A stretch of 64,000 nucleotides of DNA from Calditrichia bacterium (lineage in GTDB: Bacteria; Calditrichota; Calditrichia; RBG-13-44-9; J075): NCBI GenBank assembly GCA_050633245.1, contig JBOEGD010000010.1:221989-285988 (forward strand), read 5' to 3'. The notes beneath the pieces were generated by a model. That model was given only the letters and a program-made list of their open reading frames with translations, made no database searches and was not told the origin of the DNA. Positions 24,633-35,735 of the stretch are shown one piece after another (position 1 is the first letter of the stretch; each line of letters begins with the position of its first letter). The position numbers and the translations under genes are program-made.

Positions 24633-25805
24633 TTAGTAATAGCGTTTTTTGCCAGAACGGCTTAACACTGCAACCAACTGGCGTAAACTATCAATATTAT
24701 GTGCCGGGGCAAAGACATCGATATACGGCATTGCTGCAGCCATTCCCTGCACGGTTGGCTGGAAGGCAGGATTTCCCGCGAGTGGGTTTAGCCAGATGAT
24801 CCGCGCAGCCTTTTTTTGCAAAAAAGCCATGTTCTCTGCAAGGATTTCTGTTTCTCCGGTATCCCAGCCATCACTTAAAATGAGCACGATTGTACGGTCA
24901 TCTATTAATCGAGGACTATAACTCTCGTTAAATTCGCGCAAAGATTCTCCAATACGCGTTCCACCAGACCATCCGGGGATTCGCTCCAACGCATCAAGCG
25001 CAGATCGCAATCCATCAGTTTGCAGTAAATCGGTAATCTGATAGAGCTTTGAGCTAAAGACGAATGTTTCCATTTGGCGAAAAACAGTTTGAAAGGCATA
25101 CATAAATTGGATTAGAAACTTGCTATACAGATCCATGGATTTACTGACATCACACAGCACGACCAACCGAAAGCGATGAATCTTGCGACGCCTGAAGGCC
25201 AAGTCGAATATATCACCTCCGCGACGCAAGTTAGTGCGAATGGTTCGTTTGATGTCCAGCCTACCATGCTGTCTCTTTTCATAGCGACGATTGTAGCGGT
25301 TCGCCAACGAACGGGCGATTACGGCAATAAGCTTCATGACTTCCTGCAGCTCATCCTCACTGAAAGTGCTGAAGTCCCGTTTGGTCAACACCTCAGCCGG
25401 GCTATAGGCAGCCATTTCTTCAATATCCTGCGCCTTGTTGCCGTATAACCAGTTTTGCAGGCTCTTTAAAGATGGTTTTGGCGGTGCAGCCTGGTTGTCA
25501 TCCTGCCGTGTTTCCGTTTCATCCTGTACTATCTTGGAGTCCTTAGCACAATCGTATTCTTGCCAGTACGCCCCGTATAGTTCGTCAAAACGCAGTAGAT
25601 CGGCTCGGCCTTTTACCAAAACGGTTCGCAGCGTAAGACGCAGGTTTTCACGGGAATCGAATGGCATAACGCACAGTGCTTCAAGAGCATCCACTTCATC
25701 CTGCGGGCCAAGAGGCATGCCCCTGACACGTAAAAATCGGCAAAGTGAAATGACCGTTTCGCTTAGAGAGGTTTTGCGCATAATAACATCATCGATACGC
25801 TGCAT
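24633..25805 (-). CDS. coxE: CoxE-like VWA domain protein
   Basis: LCDVSKSM, WSGGTRIGESL, ILSDGWDTG, IIWLNPL. Confidence 0.88.
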   Translation of the reverse strand: MQRIDDVIMRKTSLSETVISLCRFLRVRGMPLGPQDEVDALEALCVMPFDSRENLRLTLRTVLVKGRADLLRFDELYGAYWQEYDCAKDSKIVQDETETRQDDNQAAPPKPSLKSLQNWLYGNKAQDIEEMAAYSPAEVLTKRDFSTFSEDELQEVMKLIAVIARSLANRYNRRYEKRQHGRLDIKRTIRTNLRRGGDIFDLAFRRRKIHRFRLVVLCDVSKSMDLYSKFLIQFMYAFQTVFRQMETFVFSSKLYQITDLLQTDGLRSALDALERIPGWSGGTRIGESLREFNESYSPRLIDDRTIVLILSDGWDTGETEILAENMAFLQKKAARIIWLNPLAGNPAFQPTVQGMAAAMPYIDVFAPAHNIDSLRQLVAVLSRSGKKRYY

Positions 25806-25807
25806 GC

Positions 25808-26701
25808 TTATCCAATCCGCGAGCGCACGCCCATGCGCTCGTAAAGTTCGGAGAGTGACATTTGAGTTTGACGAATATCCTGCCAGTCTTTTAGCACAAT
25901 ACCCAGAGTCTGTTCAATTATTTCTGTCTCAAGATGATCGAAGTGTAGTTCGGAAAGCGCCATCGCCCAATCAAGCGTCTCGGCAATTCCAGGTGTCTTT
26001 TCCAGCTTCTGCTTCCGTAGTTCCTGCATAAAATGGCAGATTTCTTCAGCAAGACGTTTGTTGATGTCAGGCACTTTTCCCATAACAATAGAAAGTTCTT
26101 TTGTATAATCAGGGTAATCGATCCAGAGGTAGAGACAGCGTCGGCGTAAGGCTTCAGATAGTTCGCGTACGCGATTGCTTGTGACAACAACATGAGGAAC
26201 ATAAGTTGCTTTAATGGTGCCCATTTCCGGGATGGTAATCTGCCAATCCGAAAGAATTTCCAACAAGAAACTTTCAAACTCAATATCTGAACGATCGACC
26301 TCATCAATGAGAAGTACAGGAGCTTTATGATGAGTTATAGCCTGAAGAAGCGGACGCTTCAGCAAAAACTGTTCACTGAAAATTGTAGCCTCTTTTTCCT
26401 CGACGGTCTTGCCGCTTTGTTCTTCGAGCTTGATGTGCAGTAGCTGTCGCTGATAGTTCCACTCATAAAGCGCATGGGTGGCGTCGAGCCCTTCATAACA
26501 CTGTAGGCGAATCAAATCTGTATCGAGTGCAGAAGACATGACTTTGGCTATCTCAGTTTTCCCTACTCCGGCTGGCCCTTCAATAAGCAGCGGTTTTCCG
26601 AGTTTCATTGCCAGAAAGGTAGACATAACAATACTGTCCTCGGTAATATAGCCTTGCGAGGCCAGCATGGTAGCAATTCGGTTGAGTTCTTTGTTGTTCA
26701 T
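25808..26701 (-). CDS. coxD: CoxD-like MoxR AAA+ ATPase
   Basis: LLIEGPAGVGKT, RLQCYEGLD..ALYEWNY, LLIDEVD, ALRRRC, PGIAETLDW. Confidence 0.9.
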   Translation of the reverse strand: MNNKELNRIATMLASQGYITEDSIVMSTFLAMKLGKPLLIEGPAGVGKTEIAKVMSSALDTDLIRLQCYEGLDATHALYEWNYQRQLLHIKLEEQSGKTVEEKEATIFSEQFLLKRPLLQAITHHKAPVLLIDEVDRSDIEFESFLLEILSDWQITIPEMGTIKATYVPHVVVTSNRVRELSEALRRRCLYLWIDYPDYTKELSIVMGKVPDINKRLAEEICHFMQELRKQKLEKTPGIAETLDWAMALSELHFDHLETEIIEQTLGIVLKDWQDIRQTQMSLSELYERMGVRSRIG

Positions 26702-26705
26702 ATGA

Positions 26706-26730
26706 GTTCAAGGTTCAAGGTTCAAGGTTC
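26706..26730. repeat. Heptamer tandem repeat (GTTCAAG)n; related heptamer runs at ~39301-39330 and ~51003-51076
   Basis: Seen directly; the copies at 51003-51076 form an inverted pair (AAGTTCA.. / ..TGAACTT). Confidence 0.75.
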
Positions 26731-26758
26731 TGAGTTTTGAATAAGATAAAGGCAGAGG

Positions 26759-26884
26759 GGCAACAAGGCAACAAGGCAATTAGGCAACAAGGCAACAAGG
26801 CAACAAGGCAACAAGGCAACAAGGCAACAAGGCAACAAGGCAACAAGGCAACAAGGCAACAAGGCAACAAGGCAATTAGGCAAA
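26759..26884 (+). repeat. Octamer tandem repeat (GGCAACAA)n, about 15 units with two GGCAATTA variants
   Basis: Seen directly. Confidence 0.95.
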
Positions 26885-27012
26885 AAATAAAGGCAGAACA
26901 GAAGAGAAGAATCGGGCAAAGACTGCGAGGAAGTCAGGCAAGCAGAAATAAGTCAGCAGCGCTGGCCTGGTTAAGGTTTAACGCTGCTGACTTTCCATAT
27001 CAAATACTCAGG

Positions 27013-27834
27013 TTATTTCAGATAAACCATGCGCTTAATTTGCTGAAAGCTACCGCTGCTAAGTCGATAAACATAAACGCCGCTACTAACTGCAGCTCCA
27101 GCATCGTTTGTTGCATTCCAGCTGGTCTGAAAGCGCCCTGCCGCTAACTGCTCATCGACCAGCGTTTTGACCAGCTTACCGCTAATATCATAAATTTTAA
27201 GACTCACTACGCCACTCACGGGTAGCGCAAACTCAATGGTCGTTTCCGGATTGAAGGGATTCGGATAGTTTTGAGTTAGCATATAGTCTTGCGGAGCAGA
27301 GCTAAGCGGATCGATTGAGGTCGGAGGATCAATGGTCAACATCGTGTCACGAGCTGACAAAACTGGCAGCAAGTTTGTAAAAGCCGTCGAGGCCATTGCT
27401 GAATATTCCAGGTCTACCAGAGAGCTATAACCGCTGCTGCCAATGGCAACAAAGTCTATAGTAATCAGTGAAAAGGCTCCTGTTGCTCCATTTATGTTGG
27501 CGCCATTGAAAATAAGTTCTCCACTGGATGCATTTTGATCATTTACGACACCGGTAAATCCGGAAGCTATGCCGGAGTTGCCGACGTAGCTAACCGCTAG
27601 AGTATCCCATTTTAAAGAAGCGGTAAAACTACCCAGTTTGTCGTTTGGTGAGGGGCTGTCATTCATATCCACACCAACGGTTACGCTGAGAGTCTCATTT
27701 TGTCCGGGGGTTGCATCCGTTGGAACGGGAACAGATTTCACGTCACTGGCAAATAGAGGATTACTCATCATCCCAAACAGCAGGATTGGCAAGAGTCTGG
27801 TTTGAAATCGTTGAAATAAATTTATGATAGTCAT
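27013..27834 (-). CDS. Secreted cohesin-like domain protein with a FlgD-Ig/T9SS-type C-terminal tail
   Basis: Signal peptide, cohesin-like beta sandwich (LGSFTASLKWD..IFNGAN..IDF), QNYPNPFNPETTIEF..IYDISGKLVKTL..VSSGVYVYRL..MVYLK. Confidence 0.8.
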   Translation of the reverse strand: MTIINLFQRFQTRLLPILLFGMMSNPLFASDVKSVPVPTDATPGQNETLSVTVGVDMNDSPSPNDKLGSFTASLKWDTLAVSYVGNSGIASGFTGVVNDQNASSGELIFNGANINGATGAFSLITIDFVAIGSSGYSSLVDLEYSAMASTAFTNLLPVLSARDTMLTIDPPTSIDPLSSAPQDYMLTQNYPNPFNPETTIEFALPVSGVVSLKIYDISGKLVKTLVDEQLAAGRFQTSWNATNDAGAAVSSGVYVYRLSSGSFQQIKRMVYLK

Positions 27835-27892
27835 GTTATATCCTTTTATGCGTTTTTATTCATCTATGAAGTTAACCTGGCTACTTAACACC

Positions 27893-30490
27893 CTATTGCG
27901 TACAAACGGCATAAGGAACAGGTAGCCCGGCATCGTATGTAAGCAGCACCAGCGCATCTGTGGAATTGGTAAGACCATCTCCATTCGTATCACCGCAACC
28001 ATTATTGATCAGATCCAGAATTCCCGGATCACTGATAGCTACTCCTGCATCATAGGCAAGCAAAATTAATGCATCTGTGGAATTACAAAGGCCATCTCCA
28101 TTAACGTCACCCAACCGGCACCCAGCCACAATTTCTACCAGCTTATCTATGGGGGCATTAAGGCATGGCAATAAGTTATCGAAGGTCTGTGAGGCTGCCA
28201 TTGCCGAGTATTCCAAATCCAAAAGGGTCGTATTACCTACGCTACCGACCGCTTTGAAAGTGACATCCAAAACTTGAATCAGTCCTCCTGCACCATTCGC
28301 ATTGGCACCATTAAAAATAATTTGACCAGGCGTCTGGTTAATTTGGCCGACAAAAGCGGAATTTAACGAAGCGGTTACATACTCAACAACAGCGGGATCA
28401 TACAACATTGAACCGGTAAAGCTGCCAAGTGAATCTGAAGGACTGGCGGCATTGCGCATATCAATCCAAACTGAATAATCTTCTTCCTGGCCTTCCCCAT
28501 GAGTAGAAGGGCCATTGACAGTTGAACGAACCACTCCTTGACAACCCACCCCTTGAACCACAGGAATTTTTATATTGGCGAAGGTCCAGGGACCACCATT
28601 GAGCGCAGTAACCGTAATCGTGCATTCAATTTCATGGCCTATCGGCACATTTGAATCTACTGCGAAAACAAATGGTGTATTATTCGTATCCTGCTGTGCG
28701 ACACCAATATTCCCATAGTTGATTGTAGTATCACCGATAAATCCATTCACATACGGGCTAAACTCTTCAACTGTTACCTCAACTCCAATGGCTTCGGTTG
28801 CACCATTAACACTGTTAAACAAGTCGATATGCCACTCAATGGTTTCACCGGGATTTACCTGCCCATCCCCGTTTCCATTGCTCTGCCCATTGTTGTCGTC
28901 ATCGTAAGACTGTCCGCCGAGGATAATCGTGGGGTTTCCAAGATTAAAATTTCCGTCGACGTAAATATCGAAGTCCGATCCGCCATCACGATTATCCGCC
29001 CAGGCAACGTAGGCTTCGTCTGATCCCCAGTCACTGGTAATACTTTTGAGAGCGCCACCAGTGCTGGCATCCTGTGTATCGTTGACTAACGTTGCAGGTA
29101 AGCTCCAACCGCTGGAAAGATCCTGAGGTCGGCTTAGATAGCGAACTGTTCCATCATCTCTTGTATAAGTGAGGTGCCAACTGACACCACCTTCATTCAT
29201 ATGAAGATGTGTTTGAAAGAGATCGAAATTATTTGAAATTAACGCTGTGCTTTGATTCCACGAGATTCCTTTATCAGTTGAATTCAGATATCTAAGGCGT
29301 TCGCGCGTCGGATTTCCACCCGAACTGGTATAGGTTACCATCACGTTTTCGGTATCCATGCTGCCGGCGATCTGTGGTTCAACTTCCTTGCCTTGTGGAG
29401 GAGTAATCTGCTCAATTGCCGCTTCGTTAGAAAAGGTCGCACCGCCATCATCGCTATAGACCAATTCAATCTGCTCTTGCGTTTCATTATAGGCAATGCA
29501 GTAAAGCCGTCCGCCAACCAACCCGGTACGTCCATAGGCGCCAGTTGCGTCAAGAAATTTATCTGGGGAGGTATTACCGAGAGCTGAAATACGCGAATAG
29601 CTTGAACCGAAGTTCGTGCTGCGAAATAAGGTGCCATTTACGTTAGTCGCAGAGCCAAGAACGTGGGCCTGTGTAATGATAAAAATGTCCCAAAGCCCCG
29701 TAAAAGGAGAGTCTGTCCAGACCACTGGCTTTACATAATCCCAATCAGCTATCTGACTTGGCACAATTAAATCATCAATTTGCTCGGTGGCCATGTCAAT
29801 TGTAGCAACTTCGATGTATTCATCACCTGAGCTATCCACTTCATACGCTACAATAATGCGGTCCTCTGTTCCTTCCCCAATAGCCAGGGATGGTGAGGCA
29901 AGACTAACAAACGGATCCGGGGTTGAGAATCCGATTACATAATCCCAGGAGAGCCCTCGTGTAGTAGACTTATAAACAACAATATCGTTTGTTGAAACAA
30001 CACTGCTTATATGAAAGGCAATATAGATGGTGCCATCTGAAGCGGTAGCCATCGAAGGCTGATTCTGTAGACCGATTAGATCCCTTACGGGCACATCGGT
30101 ATTCCATACATTTGGTATTGGTGGAGCAGGCGATGACGCCTCATAATTTACAATCGTGCTGCTTTCACGAACGACGACTTCTCCAAGAGCTTCCTCCCCT
30201 TCTCGTTCGGAATTCTGATCCTCTTGCTGCGCATTGATTTCATTGAGTGTTTCAAAATCTTCACTATGCTTGGCCTGGGCACGCTGAACGGCCAATTCCG
30301 ACAATGGCACCGGCTGAATACGTTGTATATATTCAGATGACTCTGGTTCCAAAATAATGTCTTCAGTCTGGTTAGTTGCTGTCCCCTTTTGCTGAGCCAG
30401 CAGGGTTGCGCTGAGAAGAACAAGCCACACCAAAAAGTGTTGAACAAATTTTCTCGCCTCATTCAGGGTTAACTGATTTTTTGAATCCAT
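27893..30490 (-). CDS. Secreted modular protein: BNR/Asp-box propeller, Ig-like domain, cohesin-like domain, C-terminal dockerin
   Basis: Asp-boxes (STTRGLSW, STNFGSSY, SDDGGATF, STDKGISW); DDDNNGQSNGNGDGQVNPGE; duplicated GDVNGDGLCNSTDAL / GDTNGDGLTNSTDAL. Confidence 0.8.
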   Translation of the reverse strand: MDSKNQLTLNEARKFVQHFLVWLVLLSATLLAQQKGTATNQTEDIILEPESSEYIQRIQPVPLSELAVQRAQAKHSEDFETLNEINAQQEDQNSEREGEEALGEVVVRESSTIVNYEASSPAPPIPNVWNTDVPVRDLIGLQNQPSMATASDGTIYIAFHISSVVSTNDIVVYKSTTRGLSWDYVIGFSTPDPFVSLASPSLAIGEGTEDRIIVAYEVDSSGDEYIEVATIDMATEQIDDLIVPSQIADWDYVKPVVWTDSPFTGLWDIFIITQAHVLGSATNVNGTLFRSTNFGSSYSRISALGNTSPDKFLDATGAYGRTGLVGGRLYCIAYNETQEQIELVYSDDGGATFSNEAAIEQITPPQGKEVEPQIAGSMDTENVMVTYTSSGGNPTRERLRYLNSTDKGISWNQSTALISNNFDLFQTHLHMNEGGVSWHLTYTRDDGTVRYLSRPQDLSSGWSLPATLVNDTQDASTGGALKSITSDWGSDEAYVAWADNRDGGSDFDIYVDGNFNLGNPTIILGGQSYDDDNNGQSNGNGDGQVNPGETIEWHIDLFNSVNGATEAIGVEVTVEEFSPYVNGFIGDTTINYGNIGVAQQDTNNTPFVFAVDSNVPIGHEIECTITVTALNGGPWTFANIKIPVVQGVGCQGVVRSTVNGPSTHGEGQEEDYSVWIDMRNAASPSDSLGSFTGSMLYDPAVVEYVTASLNSAFVGQINQTPGQIIFNGANANGAGGLIQVLDVTFKAVGSVGNTTLLDLEYSAMAASQTFDNLLPCLNAPIDKLVEIVAGCRLGDVNGDGLCNSTDALILLAYDAGVAISDPGILDLINNGCGDTNGDGLTNSTDALVLLTYDAGLPVPYAVCTQ

Positions 30491-30764
30491 TAAAGACCTC
30501 CAAAAAGGATTGGTTTGACATAATTCCTATAATGATGAGCTTCCCAACATCCATCCAGTTCCAGCTATTTGGGTCTAATAACCTGTGTATAAATCAGATC
30601 TGATTGCATGCAGAGGTAACATATAACAGAGGGGTATTTCAGGACTAACAGTAGAACGACAAATTGTGTTGCGGAAACGTAACTTTGGCAGAATTGGAGG
30701 GGTTCTTGAAAAAAAAAGTGCAAAATCAGCGTCTGCTCAGTTCATAAAACAGAGCAACATGAAC

Positions 30765-31127
30765 TTACTTTTCAACTGCGATTGCATCCAAAACATCTTC
30801 TATTGGAAGGTCTTCGACAGCATTTTTTATCTTTTCAACCGTTTCATCGGCCTTTTCCGCTGCATCGCGAACATCTTCCACCACTTCTTTTACCTCTTCG
30901 ACTTTTTCTTTGCCTTTTTGAAAACCTTCGCGGATGCGCTTCATGTCCTCGGCCGGATCTTCACTGATCATCAGAAAAGACATTAGACCAAACGCCAGCA
31001 GCATTGTGCAGGTAATGGCGAACTTTACCAGCCTTTTCAGGATTCCAAAGGCAACTGAAAAGCAAAGAAAAGCACCAACGGCAAGATATGTTTGTGGTTG
31101 AAGCAGAAATTCCGGCATGTTGATCAT
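30765..31127 (-). CDS. Small membrane protein with a charged coiled-coil tail
   Basis: Two TM segments followed by an E/K-rich helix; GGAGG RBS. Confidence 0.65.
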   Translation of the reverse strand: MINMPEFLLQPQTYLAVGAFLCFSVAFGILKRLVKFAITCTMLLAFGLMSFLMISEDPAEDMKRIREGFQKGKEKVEEVKEVVEDVRDAAEKADETVEKIKNAVEDLPIEDVLDAIAVEK

Positions 31128-31204
31128 CCTCCGTGATAACGTAATTCGCCCGCTTCCTTGCGGCCCTAACAGAATAATCGGAGCTGAGAGGTCTTAGCTT
31201 GAAG

Positions 31205-31240
31205 AAAAAAAGGCCGTCCCGATTTCTCGGGACGGCCTTT
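31205..31240 (-). terminator. Rho-independent terminator after coxM
   Basis: AAAGGCCGTCCCGA-tttc-TCGGGACGGCCTTT with a T-run on the minus strand. Confidence 0.85.
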
Positions 31241-31266
31241 AGAAAAACAAACGATGTTATAAAGGA

Positions 31267-32127
31267 TCAGGCGTTCTTAATTGCCTGCATAATCGCTCGC
31301 TTGGCAAAAACACCAGCCAAGTGACGACGATACTCTTCAGACGCATAGTGATCACTCATGACATCGACACCGGCAGCAGAATTGGCAACAACAACTGCTA
31401 CTGAGGTTTCATCTGCAGACTGCCCGTTCAGTGCAGCTTCTACACCACTATCGCGAAATGCAGCGTTAGCAACGCCATTAAAAGCCACGCGTACATCCTT
31501 GCACACACCGTCATCAACCGTTACCATAGCGGCACAGCCTACCAGAGCAAAGCGTGATGCCGGCTGAGGAAACTTCGCATAGCTGCCACCCCGTCCATTC
31601 GGCGTGGAAGGAACACGAACCTGAGTAACGATCTCACCCTCATTAAGCGCAGTGTGATAAATATCGATGAAGAAGTCAGTCGCAGCTACAGTTCTGGGGC
31701 CACTACTGCCGCGCATCGTAACTTCGGCATCCAACGCAAGTAGCGCCGCCGGATAATCTGAAGCCGGATCGGCATGTGCAATACTACCACCCAAGGTGCC
31801 ACGATTGCGCACCTGAATATCGCCAATCCAACCGGCATTTTCGGCCAAAAGTGGAGCCTTCGACTTTACCAGATCGGAGTGTTCTATTGAAGCATGCGTT
31901 GTTGCCGCCCCAATGACCAAACCACCGCCATCTTCACGGATATAGCTCAGCTCGTCGATTTTTGAGATATCAATTAGCGCTGAAGGCTCACTCAATCGCA
32001 ACTTCATTGCCGGTAGCAGGCTGTGTCCGCCCGCCAGGAGACGTGCATCGTCTCCCTGCTCCTCCAGCATTCTAAGTGCCTCATCCACCGATGATGCGCG
32101 AAGGTATTCAAATTTTGCAGGTACCAT
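31267..32127 (-). CDS. coxM: Molybdenum hydroxylase FAD-binding medium subunit (CoxM-like)
   Basis: LAGGHSLLPAMKLRL, QVRNRGTLGGSIAHADPASD, SEEYRRHL. Confidence 0.9.
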   Translation of the reverse strand: MVPAKFEYLRASSVDEALRMLEEQGDDARLLAGGHSLLPAMKLRLSEPSALIDISKIDELSYIREDGGGLVIGAATTHASIEHSDLVKSKAPLLAENAGWIGDIQVRNRGTLGGSIAHADPASDYPAALLALDAEVTMRGSSGPRTVAATDFFIDIYHTALNEGEIVTQVRVPSTPNGRGGSYAKFPQPASRFALVGCAAMVTVDDGVCKDVRVAFNGVANAAFRDSGVEAALNGQSADETSVAVVVANSAAGVDVMSDHYASEEYRRHLAGVFAKRAIMQAIKNA

Positions 32128-32144
32128 TATTATCTCCTGTTATA

Positions 32145-34514
32145 TTATTTCGCATCCTGAATTGCGCGCCAGACACGCTCGGGCGTGCAGGGCATCTCGA
32201 TGGAGTTTACGCCAAACGGCTTTAGCGCATCTACTACGGCATTGACGACAGCTGGAGTAGAACCAATAGTTCCGGCCTCTCCGGCACCCTTTACGCCAAG
32301 CGGATTGTGCGGGCATGGTGTTACCGTGCGATCGACCTCGAATGAAGGCAGATCATCTGCACGCGGCATACAGTAATCCATATACGAGCCATTCAGCAAC
32401 TGACCATTATCATCATAAAGTGCAGCTTCATGTAGTGCCTGACCAATTCCTTGCGCCAGTCCACCGTGAATCTGTCCATCAACGATCATCGGATTAATCA
32501 CATTACCTACGTCATCACATGCAACGAAACGCTTCAGCTCGACACGTCCGGTTTCCGGATCTACTTCTACCACAGCAATATGGCATCCGTATGGATAAGT
32601 AAAGTTGGCCGGGTCGTAGAAGCTGGAAAAATCTAATCCGGGCTCAAGTCCTTCCGGATAATCATGCGGCACGTAGGCAGTAAGCGAAACATCACCAAAG
32701 GCAATGGATTTGTCAGTTCCCTTAACCGTCCAGGCACCATTGGCAAACTCAAGATCATCTTCCGATGCCTCGAGTTTATGTGCGGCAATTTTGGCACCTT
32801 TTTCCAGCACCTTATCAATGCTCTTCATGATGGCGCTGCCCCCTACTGCCAGGCTTCGCGAACCGTAGGTTCCCATTCCGAATGCAACGGAATCGGAATC
32901 ACCGTGAACCACATCCACATCTTCCAGAGCAATTCCAAGTTTATCAGCAACAATCTGCGCAAACGTTGTTTCATGACCTTGTCCATGTGAATGAGAGCCG
33001 GTAAAAACGCTTACCTTGCCGGTTGGTTGAACACGCACCTGCGCCGATTCATACAATCCGGCACGAGCCCCTAATGAACCCACCACCGCTGAGGGTGCAA
33101 TTCCACATGCTTCGATGTAGGTTGAAAATCCAACCCCGATGTAGCGTCCGTTCTTTCGTGCTTCTTCCTGCTCTTTACGCAGATTATCATAATCGATCAT
33201 TTCCAAAGCGCGGTCGAGAACACCATGATAATTTCCACTATCGTATTGCAGTGCAACCTGTGTTTCATAACTAGGTTGAGTTACGCCATCAAATGCCGGA
33301 ATGAAATTTTTTCTTCGCAGCTCAGCGGGATCCATATTTAGTTCATGCGCAGCGGTATCGACCAAACGTTCCAGCAAATAGGTCGCTTCGGGGCGCCCTG
33401 CTCCGCGATAGGCATCTACTGCAACGGTATTGGTAAAGGTTGCCACCAGATCAATGTGAATCGCCGGAGTAGTATAAAGCCCCTGCAAAAGCGTTCCGTG
33501 CAGCCAGGTTGGCACACAGGTTGAAAAAGTAGATAGATAGGCACCAAGATTCGCATACGTCTTAATACGTAAGCCAACCATTTTACCATCAGTATCAAAA
33601 CCCATTTCCGCTTTGGTTACATGATCGCGACCGTGTGCGTCAGACATAAAGCTTTCGCTACGCTCGGCAGTCCACTTTACCGGGCGACCAAGTCGTTCGG
33701 TTGCCCAAATTACCAGAGCCTCTTCGGTATAGTGAAAAATTTTACTTCCAAATCCACCACCGACATCCGGGGAAACCACGCGAACCTTATGTTCCGGCAA
33801 GTTCAACACAAAAGCACACATCAGAAGGCGAATGAGATGCGGATTCTGAGAACTGGTATACAGCGTGTATTTGTCATTTGCAGTGTCGTAGTGTCCAATA
33901 GCGGCTCGCGGCTCAATGGCATTCGGCACAAGGCGTTGATTTACAAACTCTAAGGTGGTAATGTGTGCAGCGCCGCTCATTGCGGTATCCGTTTTCGCCT
34001 TATCACCAAGTTCCCAATCGAAACAGGTATTGTTCGGCACATCATCATGCACCTGCGGTGCGCTTGAGTCGGCTGCTTTCTTCGCATCGACAACGGCATC
34101 CAGTTCTTCATAGTCAATATCGATAAGGTCGGCGGCATCTACGGCAATACCTTTTTCTTCAGCGATAATCATGGCAACTGCATCTCCAACGTGTCGAACC
34201 TTATCGGCCACTAACAGCGGATGAGACGGTTCTTTCATGGTATCGCCATTTTTAAAGTCTACCTGCCAACCGCAAGGAACTCCATTTACACCGGAATCGA
34301 CGATATCCTTGCCGATATAAACGGCGACCACTCCGGGATGCGCTTTGGCTGCGGAGACATCAATACTATTAATTTTAGCGTGAGCGTATGGACTACGCAC
34401 AATGTGAGCGTGAAGCATATTTGGCAGCACAATATCATCTGTATAGCGGCCCTTACCGGTGATGAACCGTTTATCTTCAACGCGTTTTACCGATTTTCCA
34501 ATCATTTTTCCCAT
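32145..34514 (-). CDS. coxL: Molybdenum hydroxylase large subunit, form II CoxL-like
   Basis: [23 protein letters not shown], active-site loop [32 protein letters not shown]. Confidence 0.9.
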   Translation of the reverse strand: MGKMIGKSVKRVEDKRFITGKGRYTDDIVLPNMLHAHIVRSPYAHAKINSIDVSAAKAHPGVVAVYIGKDIVDSGVNGVPCGWQVDFKNGDTMKEPSHPLLVADKVRHVGDAVAMIIAEEKGIAVDAADLIDIDYEELDAVVDAKKAADSSAPQVHDDVPNNTCFDWELGDKAKTDTAMSGAAHITTLEFVNQRLVPNAIEPRAAIGHYDTANDKYTLYTSSQNPHLIRLLMCAFVLNLPEHKVRVVSPDVGGGFGSKIFHYTEEALVIWATERLGRPVKWTAERSESFMSDAHGRDHVTKAEMGFDTDGKMVGLRIKTYANLGAYLSTFSTCVPTWLHGTLLQGLYTTPAIHIDLVATFTNTVAVDAYRGAGRPEATYLLERLVDTAAHELNMDPAELRRKNFIPAFDGVTQPSYETQVALQYDSGNYHGVLDRALEMIDYDNLRKEQEEARKNGRYIGVGFSTYIEACGIAPSAVVGSLGARAGLYESAQVRVQPTGKVSVFTGSHSHGQGHETTFAQIVADKLGIALEDVDVVHGDSDSVAFGMGTYGSRSLAVGGSAIMKSIDKVLEKGAKIAAHKLEASEDDLEFANGAWTVKGTDKSIAFGDVSLTAYVPHDYPEGLEPGLDFSSFYDPANFTYPYGCHIAVVEVDPETGRVELKRFVACDDVGNVINPMIVDGQIHGGLAQGIGQALHEAALYDDNGQLLNGSYMDYCMPRADDLPSFEVDRTVTPCPHNPLGVKGAGEAGTIGSTPAVVNAVVDALKPFGVNSIEMPCTPERVWRAIQDAK

Positions 34515-34528
34515 AGGTCAGGCCTCCT

Positions 34529-34996
34529 TTAGCTCATTTTGTTTGCTGCATACTGGATGGCTTTAACGATGTTATGATATCCGGTGCAGCGGCAGAAGTT
34601 GCCCTCCAATGCTTCACGAATTTCATGTTCACTTGGCTTCGGATTATCTTCCAAAAGCTGAGCGGCGGTCATAATCATTCCCGGCGTACAGAATCCGCAC
34701 TGCAAACCGTGCTCTTCGCGAAACCCTTCCTGAAGCGGATGCAAATCACCATTCGAAGAAATGCCCTCAATTGTAACAACGTCGGCTCCATCGGCCTGAA
34801 CAGCCAGCATAGTGCAAGATTTTACAGCTTTACCGTTAACGTGAACCGTGCAGGCGCCACAAGCCGTGGTATCGCAACCAACATGGGTTCCAGTGAGTTT
34901 GAGCGACTCTCTCAGGAAATCGACAAGCATCATTCGCGGTTCAACCTCTTTCTGTAAGGTTTCACCATTCACTTTTACCGAAATGGACATCGCCAT
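34529..34996 (-). CDS. coxS: Molybdenum hydroxylase 2Fe-2S small subunit (CoxS-like)
   Basis: [27 protein letters not shown]; ATG at 34996 after AGGAGG. Confidence 0.92.
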   Translation of the reverse strand: MAMSISVKVNGETLQKEVEPRMMLVDFLRESLKLTGTHVGCDTTACGACTVHVNGKAVKSCTMLAVQADGADVVTIEGISSNGDLHPLQEGFREEHGLQCGFCTPGMIMTAAQLLEDNPKPSEHEIREALEGNFCRCTGYHNIVKAIQYAANKMS

Positions 34997-35028
34997 TCGT
35001 GTTCCTCCTGTATTATTTAAGTCTGTTG

Positions 35029-35052
35029 AGACGCGATGCATCGCGTCTTTAC
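35029..35052. repeat. REP-like palindrome family B (GTAAAGACGCGATGCWTCGCGTCT)
   Basis: Further copies at 39217-39241 and 53825-53849. Confidence 0.8.
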
Positions 35053-35127
35053 GGTAGTTATGTTTTTAGTGCGGGCGTGGGTCAAGACCCACGTTACTCT
35101 TATCTGCAGTCTTTTCATTGCCGTCTT

Positions 35128-35646
35128 TTACTTTTTTCCAAAGAGACCTGCGAGAAAGGCTTTTATGATCTGCCAAAGAGACCCCCGACCGGTGCTGCCA
35201 CTCTCGACGCCGGTAACCTCTTCATCGATCGCGCTGAAAAATTGACCGGTCATACTATTTGCAACACCGCTAAGCACGCGCTGTCCGGTTCTTGCCAGCG
35301 TTCCACTGAGCTTTGCATCTCCGGAGAACCGTACTTCCGTTTCATTCTTGGACAGTGAATTTAGCTTCAAATCGCCTTCTGCATTCACATTGCCGATCTT
35401 ACCATTCAGCTTAATTTTCAGCTTATAGCTTTCCGGAGCAACCTTATCGACCACAGCCAACGTGCCTTTAAAGTCCCCTTTTACAGGTCCCATTTTCACT
35501 TCAAAAATTGCTTTATATTCATCATTACCAAGCGGTTCGAGTGATTTTGCGCCAGGCGTTACTTTCGCGAGAACAATCGGGTCGAGAAGGGCCTTCCAAA
35601 CGGCTTCACGAGAGGCTTTGAGGGTATGCGTACCTTCCAGGTGCAT
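35128..35646 (-). CDS. coxG: CoxG (SRPBCC) protein
   Basis: REAVWKALLDP..PG, VKMGPVKGDF, LSGTLARTGQRVL. Confidence 0.88.
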   Translation of the reverse strand: MHLEGTHTLKASREAVWKALLDPIVLAKVTPGAKSLEPLGNDEYKAIFEVKMGPVKGDFKGTLAVVDKVAPESYKLKIKLNGKIGNVNAEGDLKLNSLSKNETEVRFSGDAKLSGTLARTGQRVLSGVANSMTGQFFSAIDEEVTGVESGSTGRGSLWQIIKAFLAGLFGKK

Positions 35647-35735
35647 GGAAATCTCCTACTGCTGAAAAGTTAGATGGGACGTCACTTAGTCAGGCGTGAC
35701 GATCAATTCAAAATCAGATGAAATACAATATATTG

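Noticed and set aside
26722-27147. ORFs with repetitive QQGNKATR / LLPCCLVA translations
   Set aside because: Artefacts of the GGCAACAA tandem repeat
32145-34514. Aerobic CO dehydrogenase (CO oxidation)
   Set aside because: The active-site loop is AYRGAGR (form II), not AYXCSFR
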